From a virus (lineage: Duplodnaviria; Caudoviricetes), in the IMG/VR virus record IMGVR_UViG_3300042363_000275, positions 10,862 through 74,861 of that record: a DNA stretch of 64,000 nt; one strand, given 5' to 3'. Made by a program: the position numbers and the translations under genes. Under the pieces are notes generated by a model, which saw only the letters and a program-made list of their open reading frames with translations, had not been told where the DNA came from and did not search any database. Of this stretch, positions 42,925-52,559 are shown piece after piece (position 1 is the stretch's first letter; the number at the start of each line of letters is the position of its first letter).

Positions 42925-45263
42925 ATCTTGCCTGAATTGCTAAAGAATCTTGGATAACGACATGCCCAATAAGACGCGCTGGTCTTATCCTTATTGGTTA
43001 AGCAACGATGGCGAGCAACGAATGACTTTGTTGCTCCTGGATCATTGAACTTCTTTGCCATTCCAGACTGACTGAAGCGGACTTTCTTGACGCCACCATC
43101 ACCAGTGCGAACATAAACCGCACCACCGCCACCTTCGCGCCATGGCTTACCAATGCCCTTGCCATCAGTTTTATCTTCTTCATTTACAGGAACGCAGTTG
43201 GGAACCATTCGGTTGCCCTTCTTCTTTAATCCTTTTTGTGTATACCCAGACCAACAGGCTTCTTCTAAACCTTCTTCTACTGGATAATCTAGGACAACTT
43301 GTTGCCCTTCAAACTCGGCAATTTCGCCAATGTTTGAATTAAGCATATCCCTTTCCCACTCGTCTTTTGGAGCATAATTGCCTTCAGAATAAAGGCGTCT
43401 GGCTTCAGAGATCATTTCAAAAAACATCTCTGACCCTGGACGGAAAGCATTTTCAGTAAACGAGATTTTATTTTCTAGATGGTATTGGACAGCTTCTTCC
43501 AAAGTAATATCTTCGCGCACATACGAACCGCTCGTAACGACTGGTAGACCATCCAAAGCAGCATCTCTTGCATTAGGTGGAACTGTTTGCGACTTTTTCT
43601 TTTTGGATGATTTTGCCAATGTTGGTGTTAGATCTACGGCTTCTTCGTAGTTTTCTGGACAGCAATCCATCTCTTGTTCAAACATCTGATCAATATCTTC
43701 TCTTAGATCTTTATCAGCACCATGATAAGTGCCTTTACCTTTAGAGATATATGAGTTCACGCGAGCATGACCCCACTGTGATGGCGTGGTTCCTGGGCGG
43801 TGACCAGAGTTCCAAGCAGCAACGCCACGACGATACACCTTTCTTAAAGTAGAAACTGAGATTCCTGACTTGGCTGCTTTTGCTGATAAAGACTTATCTG
43901 CCGCACCTTCGTCGACTGTTTCCTCAGAAACACGACCCGTTTCTTTTCTCTTGTTCATAACAGCAGTGATGTTTCCACTGCGAGCTATGCGACGAATCTT
44001 TTTCTCATTGGCTTCGTCCATCATCTTACGGACTTTTAGTGTATACTTGCTTGGCTTTGTTTTGGCAGTTGCATCGCCAGGAGCTGGTTCGTATGCACGA
44101 GGATCGCTGTCAGAAAGTTTTGCCTTTTCTCTCCAATGTGATGCTCTAGCCTTCGCCGTTGATGCACTCAATCCAGCAACATACTTCTTTGGCAATCCAG
44201 ACGCTTTATCTTTTGCAACTGATGGCAACTTTTTTTCAGATAATGCCAGCCCTCTTTCTACTAGACGCTCCAGTAGTTTTTCGATCTGGCTTGCGAACAT
44301 AATCTGTTCCATTTGACTAGATTCGTTTAGATTAATTGAATTATTAAACACGAAGCAATCTAGTTCTTCTGATAGTTTTTCAGAACGATACCACTTTTCT
44401 AAACGCTTGTTTTCTGGTAGTGGATCTGCTCGTTCATCATTACGAGCGCGAGAAACTTTGTTAGTTACAGAAACATATACAGTATCAAACTCATAGCCTT
44501 CGAGCATAGTCTTAACGAGTTCAATCTTATCCGCGTCAGCAGCACCATTGACGACAATGTTTGCATTTGATTCCAATAGTTCAGAGGCTTTACCCGAAAG
44601 CACTTGGTCTAGTTGAACCTCAACAAGATCAAATCGAGAAAAGATATTCTTCAGGACATAGTCCTTTCCGCTACCTGGACCGCCAAGTAGGAAAATGCCG
44701 ATTGGTGAATTTGTTTCTTCGCTCATTGCTTTTTTTACCTTATCATGTATTGATGCACCGAGTTCTTTGTTACTGTAATGGCTAACAAACTCGTCGCGTT
44801 TACCTGCCTTAACTAAACCACGAAGTTTAGAAGCAGACATACCTTCTGCACCCTCTGCGTCTGGATCTCGTTGACCAGCAGACTTAACTTCGACTTTTTT
44901 AATTCCTGGAAATTCTTTCTTTCTATATTTATTGAGTAAAGTGTGGAACTCTTTTACTCGATCAGAACCCACAACCATTGTTACATGCGTGTGACCTTTA
45001 GATTCTAGATGCTTCATTGCATCAATTGCAGTTTTAACTTTGCTATTAGATACAACATTGGCATTCGGGAATAAATTTCTTAACGCGCCTGCCTTTTCGC
45101 CGTGTGACAATGGATTTTTTCTAGAATCTTGTGTGTGCGATGGGAAAATGTAATGCTTGCCACCACTTTCCTCAGCATGTGATTGAACAGCAGATACAAG
45201 TTTACCATGACCTGCTTCGGTTGGTGGGTTAAATCTGCCAAAAGTAAATGTTGCTTTACTCAT
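42915..45263 (-). CDS. cytidyltransferase-family nucleotidyltransferase + P-loop kinase + several small domains
   Basis: TFGRFNPPT.AGH (HxGH-like) and MSASKLR, then LGGPGSGKD, followed by basic modules. Confidence 0.75.
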   Translation of the reverse strand: MSKATFTFGRFNPPTEAGHGKLVSAVQSHAEESGGKHYIFPSHTQDSRKNPLSHGEKAGALRNLFPNANVVSNSKVKTAIDAMKHLESKGHTHVTMVVGSDRVKEFHTLLNKYRKKEFPGIKKVEVKSAGQRDPDAEGAEGMSASKLRGLVKAGKRDEFVSHYSNKELGASIHDKVKKAMSEETNSPIGIFLLGGPGSGKDYVLKNIFSRFDLVEVQLDQVLSGKASELLESNANIVVNGAADADKIELVKTMLEGYEFDTVYVSVTNKVSRARNDERADPLPENKRLEKWYRSEKLSEELDCFVFNNSINLNESSQMEQIMFASQIEKLLERLVERGLALSEKKLPSVAKDKASGLPKKYVAGLSASTAKARASHWREKAKLSDSDPRAYEPAPGDATAKTKPSKYTLKVRKMMDEANEKKIRRIARSGNITAVMNKRKETGRVSEETVDEGAADKSLSAKAAKSGISVSTLRKVYRRGVAAWNSGHRPGTTPSQWGHARVNSYISKGKGTYHGADKDLREDIDQMFEQEMDCCPENYEEAVDLTPTLAKSSKKKKSQTVPPNARDAALDGLPVVTSGSYVREDITLEEAVQYHLENKISFTENAFRPGSEMFFEMISEARRLYSEGNYAPKDEWERDMLNSNIGEIAEFEGQQVVLDYPVEEGLEEACWSGYTQKGLKKKGNRMVPNCVPVNEEDKTDGKGIGKPWREGGGGAVYVRTGDGGVKKVRFSQSGMAKKFNDPGATKSFVARHRCLTNKDKTSASYWACRYPRFFSNSGKIWW

Positions 45264-46396
45264 ATGATACTCTTTTGTCCTCGTAGCACTGCAGATCTTG
45301 CTCTGTTAAGTTTACTAAACTCCTCACGATCTACAACTTTTAATCCTTTCGCAAAGTAACCTTCTGGTCCAGATTCTTTACCGCTAATAGAATGCGAATA
45401 TTCGCCACTTGCAGTTTTATTTAAACCGCGAGCAAGCAGATTAGTTGCTTTTTGCGTGTTATGATGAATATCGAATGTAGTTTTAAACGCAGCAGAATTG
45501 TTCTTTACATGCTCCAGTGCAGAGTCACGAGCAGCGGCTTTAGCGTTCTTGGCTTTCTCAGTTTTAACTTTGTCGATTTCTTTTGCCCATCTGTTTGTAA
45601 GATGGCGAGTGTATCCCTGAACAGTTGGCTTTTCGCCAGAGTCGACTGTTGAGTTTACATAGGTTCTGAGTGTTGCTTCGTGACCAGCAAGATGCTCATA
45701 GGAATGACCTTTCATCAGTTTTTGAGCAGCCGCTAATCTTTCCACAACGGCTTTACGATCTTTTGGGCTTAACCTTTGTTCTTCTTTACCGATAGCATGT
45801 TTAACTAGATGAACATCTGGATGTTCTCCAAACTCCGACTGATCCGTGATAGGTGTTGCCTTTTTGTTTCTACCTTTTAACTCAGTGTGGACTGTGATGC
45901 TGAGTTTAGACTTGGCTAGTTTTTTACCTTCTGGAGAATTTTTATCGACGGCATACTTAATAGTGTTTGGAGTGTGTGAGATCTTACCATCGGTTTCTTC
46001 ACGAGTTTCTGGAGTGGACATAAATCCACCTTGCCACTCGCCAGCTCTTTTAGGAAGAACCTTGTAGCCGTGTGCTAGAATGGCTTTAAGCGGCTCAGCA
46101 AGGTATGGTTTTTTGCCATGCTGAGTGTCGACGTCGGATGCAGTGTAGTTATACTTGGCGCCTGGACCCTTGTATTTTACGCCAACGCGACCGTCTTTTT
46201 CGCGGACGATCTGGAATGACATTTTGTCATCGATTTTGCGTGTAATTGGAGTCCTTCCGAGAGCAACGCCTCGGAGAGCAGTGAGTGCTTGAGATGCTGG
46301 TTTTGAACCGTCAAATGTGCGATCAGAGGGATGCTCTAGATGCTGGATTCCTACGGCTTTAGACGCCTCTGTTAAAAAGGCAGAGAACTGTAACAT
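45260..46396 (-). CDS. conserved T4-like protein (DUF6267-like)
   Basis: HLEHP.D motif. Its position upstream of the cytidyltransferase is typical of aquatic T4-like phages. Confidence 0.5.
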   Translation of the reverse strand: MLQFSAFLTEASKAVGIQHLEHPSDRTFDGSKPASQALTALRGVALGRTPITRKIDDKMSFQIVREKDGRVGVKYKGPGAKYNYTASDVDTQHGKKPYLAEPLKAILAHGYKVLPKRAGEWQGGFMSTPETREETDGKISHTPNTIKYAVDKNSPEGKKLAKSKLSITVHTELKGRNKKATPITDQSEFGEHPDVHLVKHAIGKEEQRLSPKDRKAVVERLAAAQKLMKGHSYEHLAGHEATLRTYVNSTVDSGEKPTVQGYTRHLTNRWAKEIDKVKTEKAKNAKAAARDSALEHVKNNSAAFKTTFDIHHNTQKATNLLARGLNKTASGEYSHSISGKESGPEGYFAKGLKVVDREEFSKLNRARSAVLRGQKSII

Positions 46397-46424
46397 ACTC
46401 TCTCCACACTGTGGGATTACCTTT

Positions 46425-46440
46425 TATTTAGTATATTTAG
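46425..46440 (-). promoter_or_regulatory. tandem late promoter cores CTAAATA
   Basis: Copies at 46425-46431 and 46434-46440. Confidence 0.6.
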
Positions 46441-47210
46441 AGTTTCATACTTGCAATAGCGTTCTTGAGTGCATCTCGAATATCCGACATACCCTCATAA
46501 GCAGGAATGGTGCAGGTTGACCGCCCAGCTGCTGTTGCTGCCTTAAATTCTTCTGGAGTGTACCATTGCGGGTCAATCTTCATAAGATCCGCAAGTTCAT
46601 GCATGTTTACAGAACCCTTATTTACCAGGTTATAGTACCCATTAGGCTCGTGTTCTTCCATAAGATTACAGGCGACGCTTACAGCCTCATCAAGATCTGT
46701 TAATGAGTTTTCGCCAGCATCAATTAACTTACCGTGTTTGGCGTAGTTATAGACCTTTGTAAGATAATTTTTAGACTCGTTGACACCAGTAAATGGCATA
46801 CGAATACGATAAACCTGCGCTTTATCGCCAAGATAGACATCTGAAACACCCTTGGATACTGAATAGATGCTACCAAAATAGTTTGGTGGAGCGTCCACAT
46901 CATCAATATCACCCATGTAGATACACCCGCTGGAGAAATGCGCCAAACGAGTTCTCCATCCACATGCATTAGCCAATAATGCTGGGAAAATTGCATTGGC
47001 GTCAATAGTACCCTGCTTGTCCAACTCACAGGCATCAACATTTGGGGTTCCCGTTTTACCAGCACAGTTTACAACCCAATCAAATGTGGTTCTTTCTATA
47101 GTATCGATTGCATCTTCATGGGAGCAAAATGTTACCACATGCCCACGCTGAAGCAATTCCTTGAATACCTTTTTACCCGTCCATCCTCGACCAACTACTA
47201 GAAAATGCAT
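46437..47210 (-). CDS. NDP-4-keto-6-deoxyglucose 3,5-epimerase/4-reductase (NRS/ER, UER1-like)
   Basis: GRGWTG Rossmann motif, AGKTGTPNVDACE, SSGCIY, YS.SK, RIRMP and NY.TK..Y...NSLT.LDE. Confidence 0.75.
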   Translation of the reverse strand: MHFLVVGRGWTGKKVFKELLQRGHVVTFCSHEDAIDTIERTTFDWVVNCAGKTGTPNVDACELDKQGTIDANAIFPALLANACGWRTRLAHFSSGCIYMGDIDDVDAPPNYFGSIYSVSKGVSDVYLGDKAQVYRIRMPFTGVNESKNYLTKVYNYAKHGKLIDAGENSLTDLDEAVSVACNLMEEHEPNGYYNLVNKGSVNMHELADLMKIDPQWYTPEEFKAATAAGRSTCTIPAYEGMSDIRDALKNAIASMKL

Positions 47211-47212
47211 AA

Positions 47213-48088
47213 TTAAATCCTCGTGTGAATAATTTTGTACAAATACTTACCATAATCCGACTTGGCATACTTATTAGCCTGTTCTTCAACTTGTTTCTGC
47301 GTAATCCATGCATGCTTGTAAGCAATCTCTTCGGGGCATGCAATCATCGTTCCAGTTCTTTTTTGTACTGATCCAACAAAAACAGATGCCTCTGACAAAG
47401 ACTCGAATGTCCCAGTATCAATCCATGCAACACCACGATTCAAAAACTCAACTTTACAATCATGATTCTTCATGTACAATTTATTGATGTCAGTAATTTC
47501 CAGTTCACCGCGATGCGACGGTGTAATCTGCCAAGCATAGTCTACCACTTTATTATCATAAAAGTATAAACCTGTTACTGCATAATTGCTAGGTGGGTTG
47601 GCTGGCTTTTCGTGAACATCAATGGGATCATTGTTATCGTTAAACTCAACAACGCCGAATCGCTCAGGGTCACTGACATGATATGCAAATAGAGTACATC
47701 CTGTTCTGTTCCAGTTAGCATGAGCGAAACGATTAATCAAATCATTTCCATAGAAAATGTTATCGCCAAGAATAAGCGCAACATCATCCTTTCCGATCCA
47801 TTCTTCGCAGATACGGAAACACTCAGCAATACCCTTTGGCTCTGGCTGGATTGAGTATGAGATATTGATGCCCCATTGAGATCCATCACCACAGAGTCGC
47901 TTGAATGCTTCTGCGTCGTTTGGTGAATTGACAATCATGATATCGCGAATACCAGCCATCATCAATGTCGATAGCGGATAATACACCAGCGGTTTATCAT
48001 AAACTGGCAGTAATTGTTTCGAAGTCACTTCGGTGCATGGGTACAAACGAGTGCCCATTCCACCTGATAAAATTATACCCTTTCTCAT
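47213..48088 (-). CDS. rmlA: glucose-1-phosphate thymidylyltransferase
   Basis: GIILSGGMGTRLYP, SKQLLPVYDKP, LGDNIFYG and RGELEIT. Confidence 0.95.
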   Translation of the reverse strand: MRKGIILSGGMGTRLYPCTEVTSKQLLPVYDKPLVYYPLSTLMMAGIRDIMIVNSPNDAEAFKRLCGDGSQWGINISYSIQPEPKGIAECFRICEEWIGKDDVALILGDNIFYGNDLINRFAHANWNRTGCTLFAYHVSDPERFGVVEFNDNNDPIDVHEKPANPPSNYAVTGLYFYDNKVVDYAWQITPSHRGELEITDINKLYMKNHDCKVEFLNRGVAWIDTGTFESLSEASVFVGSVQKRTGTMIACPEEIAYKHAWITQKQVEEQANKYAKSDYGKYLYKIIHTRI

Positions 48089-49032
48089 AGATACCACTCC
48101 ACAGTTTTTCTCAAACCATCAAATATATTTGTTTTTGCTTCCCATCCAAGTTCATTTTTAAGTTTACTTGAATCCATCGAATAACGCAAATCATGACCCT
48201 TTCGATCATCCACAAAATTAATCCAGTTTTTATGTGTTTCTGGTGGCTTGCCCATGATATCCAAAATCATAGATACCATGCTTAGATTGTCACACTCAAA
48301 TCCACCACCAATGTTGTACCGTTCACCACGCTTAAAGTTTTCGCCAATAGTTAAAAGTGCATCGCAATGGTCTTCAACAAATAACCAGTCACGAATATTA
48401 GAACCATTACCGTAAACAGGAATAGGTGTGTTGTTTTTGATATGTTGAATGATTGTTGGAATAAACTTTTCTTTGTGCTGACGAGGACCATAGTTATTCG
48501 AACAGTTAGTTACAACTGCTTCTAGGTTATGCGTGTTTACATACGAGCGAACTAGGTGGTCGCTGGCTGCTTTAGTTGCAGAGTATGGGTTGCGTGGGTC
48601 GTATGGCGTTGTTTCGCTGAACGAAGGATCATCTGGACCAAGACTTCCATAAACTTCATCAGTAGAAACATGGACTAACTTGCCGCCATATTTCTTGATG
48701 CACTTTAGAATGTTATGGGTGCCGTTAATATTGGTGCTAAGAAAGTCATCGTCACCACGGATAGAATTATCAACATGAGACTCAGCCGCAAAATGGAAAA
48801 TAATATCTGGTTCATAGCTGGAATACATGTGCTCCAAAAATTGAAGATTGCGAATGTCAACTCTCTTGACTTGCAATCGCCAGTCATCATAAAATTTATC
48901 TAGATTACTGCTGTTTGCAGAATAAGAGTAATTGTCGAGGACGACAATCTCATCCGAAGGATATTTTTTAAGGTGGGAGATTACAAAATTAGAACCAATA
49001 AACCCCAATCCACCAGTCACAAATGTAGTCAT
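48085..49032 (-). CDS. rmlB: dTDP-glucose 4,6-dehydratase
   Basis: GGLGFIGS, HFAAESHVD, VSTDEVYG, PYSATKA and NCSNNYGP. Confidence 0.95.
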   Translation of the reverse strand: MTTFVTGGLGFIGSNFVISHLKKYPSDEIVVLDNYSYSANSSNLDKFYDDWRLQVKRVDIRNLQFLEHMYSSYEPDIIFHFAAESHVDNSIRGDDDFLSTNINGTHNILKCIKKYGGKLVHVSTDEVYGSLGPDDPSFSETTPYDPRNPYSATKAASDHLVRSYVNTHNLEAVVTNCSNNYGPRQHKEKFIPTIIQHIKNNTPIPVYGNGSNIRDWLFVEDHCDALLTIGENFKRGERYNIGGGFECDNLSMVSMILDIMGKPPETHKNWINFVDDRKGHDLRYSMDSSKLKNELGWEAKTNIFDGLRKTVEWYL

Positions 49033-49042
49033 AAAACCTCAA

Positions 49043-50254
49043 TTATTTTGCAATAACATATTTCGCTGAGTAATCACTTCCAGATGCTGCAGCAACTATA
49101 AATGATTTTATTAATTTAGTTGATTTTCCACTGCGCGCATTACTCACAAGATAATCTTTTATCTCTTTATTTGGTCCAGAATCAGTAAAATACTTTTTAC
49201 TCAAATCATTTCTAATTTCTCTGTATCGAATACCTTCTGGAGAATCTTTTGGTTCTTTCTTAAGATCTTTTAATTTTTTTGTTGCTTCTTCTGCAAAACC
49301 TCGTTTAGCTGTTTGCATAGATAATTCTAATTTATTACCAAATTGAGAATCAACTGATTTTGCCACGTCAATTATTTTATTTCCTGAGAGTGAACCACCT
49401 CGCGCCCCACCCTTTGACCGTATTTCCATTTTATATGTTCCACCAGAAAATGTGCCTGTCGCAGCATCATGACGAATCACAATATCTGTGGATTTATCGG
49501 TCTTACTTATCTCCACAACTAATGATCTTGCATCTTCTGCTTTACCACCAATGCCTGCAAATATATATGGCAGTTCACCACCACCCTCAAAGTTAACTTT
49601 AACAACTTCAACCTCTCCTGTTTGCTTCTTTAAAGAAAGTGGAAGAAGATCTGCAGAATCAATCATACCTGAGATCATTCCATTAAGTTCTTCAAATGTT
49701 ATTTTTGGCTGTTTTGAAACTGCCACAGCCAACTTTTTTTTTGCTACTGGGGTTGCAAAGTAAATATCTGCTGGACTCCACTTATTAATATTACCAAATG
49801 CTTTTGATGGACCTTCGACTTCTTTTAAGATTTTATTTGCTCGTGAAAATAGAGTTTGGATATTACCCATAACTTCATCATCACCACGAACATAAATGAT
49901 ATTACTCCAGTTGACATTTTTAATTCTATTGAATTTTTGATTGATATTACCAACTTCTACTAAAACCTGTTTTGCAATATGCATAGAGGAATGAAACCAA
50001 GTTTTATCAGAAATTAAAAACTTTTCAATGTCTGCTAAAGAAACTCCAGGCGTATTCACATTAGTTTTATATGCTTCTTTTATAACTTGCGTTATATTTT
50101 TTTGTCCAGGAGGATTATATTTGGCAGTGAAATCTTCATAAGTCTTATAAACTTTTTTATCAAAAACTTTTGTTGATTCTCTATGTCCCAAATAATCTGC
50201 TAATGCACAGAATAACGCTTGGGCTGCTTCTTGGAGTGCCGTTTTATCTGCCAT
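49043..50254 (-). CDS. hypothetical protein (KWSPADI motif)
   Basis: 403 aa, AT-rich. The family is not assigned. Confidence 0.6.
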   Translation of the reverse strand: MADKTALQEAAQALFCALADYLGHRESTKVFDKKVYKTYEDFTAKYNPPGQKNITQVIKEAYKTNVNTPGVSLADIEKFLISDKTWFHSSMHIAKQVLVEVGNINQKFNRIKNVNWSNIIYVRGDDEVMGNIQTLFSRANKILKEVEGPSKAFGNINKWSPADIYFATPVAKKKLAVAVSKQPKITFEELNGMISGMIDSADLLPLSLKKQTGEVEVVKVNFEGGGELPYIFAGIGGKAEDARSLVVEISKTDKSTDIVIRHDAATGTFSGGTYKMEIRSKGGARGGSLSGNKIIDVAKSVDSQFGNKLELSMQTAKRGFAEEATKKLKDLKKEPKDSPEGIRYREIRNDLSKKYFTDSGPNKEIKDYLVSNARSGKSTKLIKSFIVAAASGSDYSAKYVIAK

Positions 50255-50870
50255 TTTTATAAACCTTCTTTAAAAACTTTTTCCAAACTTTAGGATCTTG
50301 ATCCCGAAAGTTTTTGCGATACATAAAGATGGCTTCAGAATTTCTCCAGCCAATCGTATGCGCTTTTCGTAATTTATTTAGCGCAACATTATCGAACTTT
50401 GTTTCGAATGCATAAGCATCTATTTCATCAGTCGAACCCAGATACATCATCTGATAATCGCGTTCTACATCTTCTACTTTATATGGTGCAGGTGTAATTT
50501 TATACTTTCTCTTGATGTTTTGCTGTCGATGACGCAGCTCATGAAAAAGCACTTTGGTGACATTGACTGACAAATTTTTAGCACCCTTTGGTGTCATGGT
50601 CACTGACAGTTTATCAGATGGAAGGCTAAGATAGATGTAAATGCAGTCGGGGATACCCATAAAACGAGACTGGTATAAACCAGAAACAAGTATTGGATAA
50701 TCTGCATAATACTTTTCATCGTATCGACTGGAAGCAAATACAACTTTATCCTTCTCAAAAAGTTTGTTGAGTTTACGAATCAGAGGTGCAATTCTTTTTT
50801 CGCCAACCCAATTATCAATTAAGTCAGCAATCTGCTTTTGGCGTTTATGCACATCCTTCATAATTCTCAT
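50244..50870 (-). CDS. putative zincin metallopeptidase
   Basis: HELRH plus DEIDAYA. Confidence 0.6.
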   Translation of the reverse strand: MRIMKDVHKRQKQIADLIDNWVGEKRIAPLIRKLNKLFEKDKVVFASSRYDEKYYADYPILVSGLYQSRFMGIPDCIYIYLSLPSDKLSVTMTPKGAKNLSVNVTKVLFHELRHRQQNIKRKYKITPAPYKVEDVERDYQMMYLGSTDEIDAYAFETKFDNVALNKLRKAHTIGWRNSEAIFMYRKNFRDQDPKVWKKFLKKVYKNGR

Positions 50871-52243
50871 ACTTTTAGATTCTTAAACTTATCTGTGCTT
50901 CGACCACGATCAAAGGCTGGCTTTGAGTTGTTTTCCTGCATCACTGAATCTTGGGCTTTCTGTTCAAGATCGTACAACTTCATCTTGGCTCTGTCAACTC
51001 CAATCGTAAATCGTTTATGGAGGTTGGGATCGTTATAACGATTTTTAAGTTGCTTGACGAGTAACTGATTAAGTTGCTGCAACTCTTCAGTGCTAACAAG
51101 AGCAAACATAAAGTCAGCAGTCGCAGGTAGACCGAACGATTCAGAAGTATCTTCGAGTCCAGGATCCGAGTTACTGAACCCTGAACGAGTTGTTTGAGTT
51201 GCAGAAACAATCGGGACATTATTCTCCACCGCAAGACCGCGCAGTTCTTCGGCGATAGCCTTGATGTAAGTATAACTGTTTACATTCGCACCCGCCTTAA
51301 TTCTAGACGATGCGCAAATATTTAGGTAGTCAATGAAGATTATATCTGGGCGGAAGTTCTTCTTCAGTGCAAGATCGTTAATCAATGCGCGGAAGTGAGC
51401 AGGATTCGCAGACGCAGTTGGATATTCTTTAATAATTAACTTGCCTTTGACAGAACCCCTGAGTTTACCCATTCGCTTCTCATACATGTCTTTCGGCATG
51501 TTCATGAGATCGTCAAGAGAAACATTGAGGAGATTAGCGTCGATTCTTTCAGCAATCTTCTCCTCAGCCATTTCTAGAGTAATGTATAGAACATTGTAGT
51601 TCTGCGTCAGGCAACCAGCAGCCACATGACACATAAACAGAGACTTGCCGACACCAGTACCTGCAAGAGCAATGTTAAGGGTCTTTTGTGGTAATCCACC
51701 TTTAGTGATTTTGTTGAAATATTCAAGATCGAAGGGGATTCTTTTTTCGACGCGATGATAAAAATCGTAGCGATCAGCGTAACTATCCAAAAAATCATGA
51801 CCAATGTGAGGATCGAAACTAACCCCCAGAGCATCAGACAAAAGAGTAGGAATGCTTCCTTTGCCCCTTGCTTGATCTTTGCCATCCAGGATCTGAATGG
51901 AATCCATGATGGCATTGTAAATCGCTTTTTCTTGGCAGAACTTTTCTGTAGTGTCAAGAAGCCACTCGAGTTTTTGCTCTGACTTGTCATTCGAGATTTC
52001 CTTTAGGAGTTCGAGTGACTTATTTAACTCACCCTCTGTGAGTTTCGTAGATTCTTTAAGGCTGATCTCCAGCGCTGCTTTCGGAGGCAGACTGTTGTAC
52101 TTTAGAATGAACTCTTTTATTTCTTCGAATACCTTTCTTTCGTGGCTTTCTGTCAGATACTCTTTCTTCAGAAAGGGCAGAGTCTTCCTCATGAAAGACT
52201 CGTTCCGCATCAGATTCGACAAAATTAGTGTTTCTGTTTTCAT
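50867..52243 (-). CDS. gp41: T4-like replicative helicase
   Basis: LAGTGVGKS, ITLEMAEE, IKEYPT, IDYLNI, TQTTRSG and SESFGLPATAD. Confidence 0.96.
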   Translation of the reverse strand: MKTETLILSNLMRNESFMRKTLPFLKKEYLTESHERKVFEEIKEFILKYNSLPPKAALEISLKESTKLTEGELNKSLELLKEISNDKSEQKLEWLLDTTEKFCQEKAIYNAIMDSIQILDGKDQARGKGSIPTLLSDALGVSFDPHIGHDFLDSYADRYDFYHRVEKRIPFDLEYFNKITKGGLPQKTLNIALAGTGVGKSLFMCHVAAGCLTQNYNVLYITLEMAEEKIAERIDANLLNVSLDDLMNMPKDMYEKRMGKLRGSVKGKLIIKEYPTASANPAHFRALINDLALKKNFRPDIIFIDYLNICASSRIKAGANVNSYTYIKAIAEELRGLAVENNVPIVSATQTTRSGFSNSDPGLEDTSESFGLPATADFMFALVSTEELQQLNQLLVKQLKNRYNDPNLHKRFTIGVDRAKMKLYDLEQKAQDSVMQENNSKPAFDRGRSTDKFKNLKV

Positions 52244-52559
52244 CTATTACCCTTGTGGCGTGTTCTACCGAATCAGTAATTATATTACGAAGTATGGCAG
52301 AAGTAAAGTTCTTAAACTTATTAGATTCTACATTACAAAGATTAGGATTAGAGATAATTGAAATATTGTATGACATTTCATTATCACTGGACATATGGAT
52401 ATCAGTAATCTCAAATATGACACCAGGATATTTCTTGATTATCTTAATAGCAATAGCATCTTTGTTTGAAAGATCTAGAAAAAGATCGTAGTCTCTACCA
52501 AACTTTAAGAACTTTCTTGCTTTCCAAAATTGGAATTTCGCAATTAAATCTTCAAACAT
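52056..52559 (-). CDS. hypothetical protein at the gp40 position
   Basis: It fills the uvsX-gp41 gap. The ORF runs 188 bp into gp41 in another frame. Confidence 0.5.
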   Translation of the reverse strand: MFEDLIAKFQFWKARKFLKFGRDYDLFLDLSNKDAIAIKIIKKYPGVIFEITDIHMSSDNEMSYNISIISNPNLCNVESNKFKNFTSAILRNIITDSVEHATRVIDENRNTNFVESDAERVFHEEDSALSEERVSDRKPRKKGIRRNKRVHSKVQQSASESSAGDQP

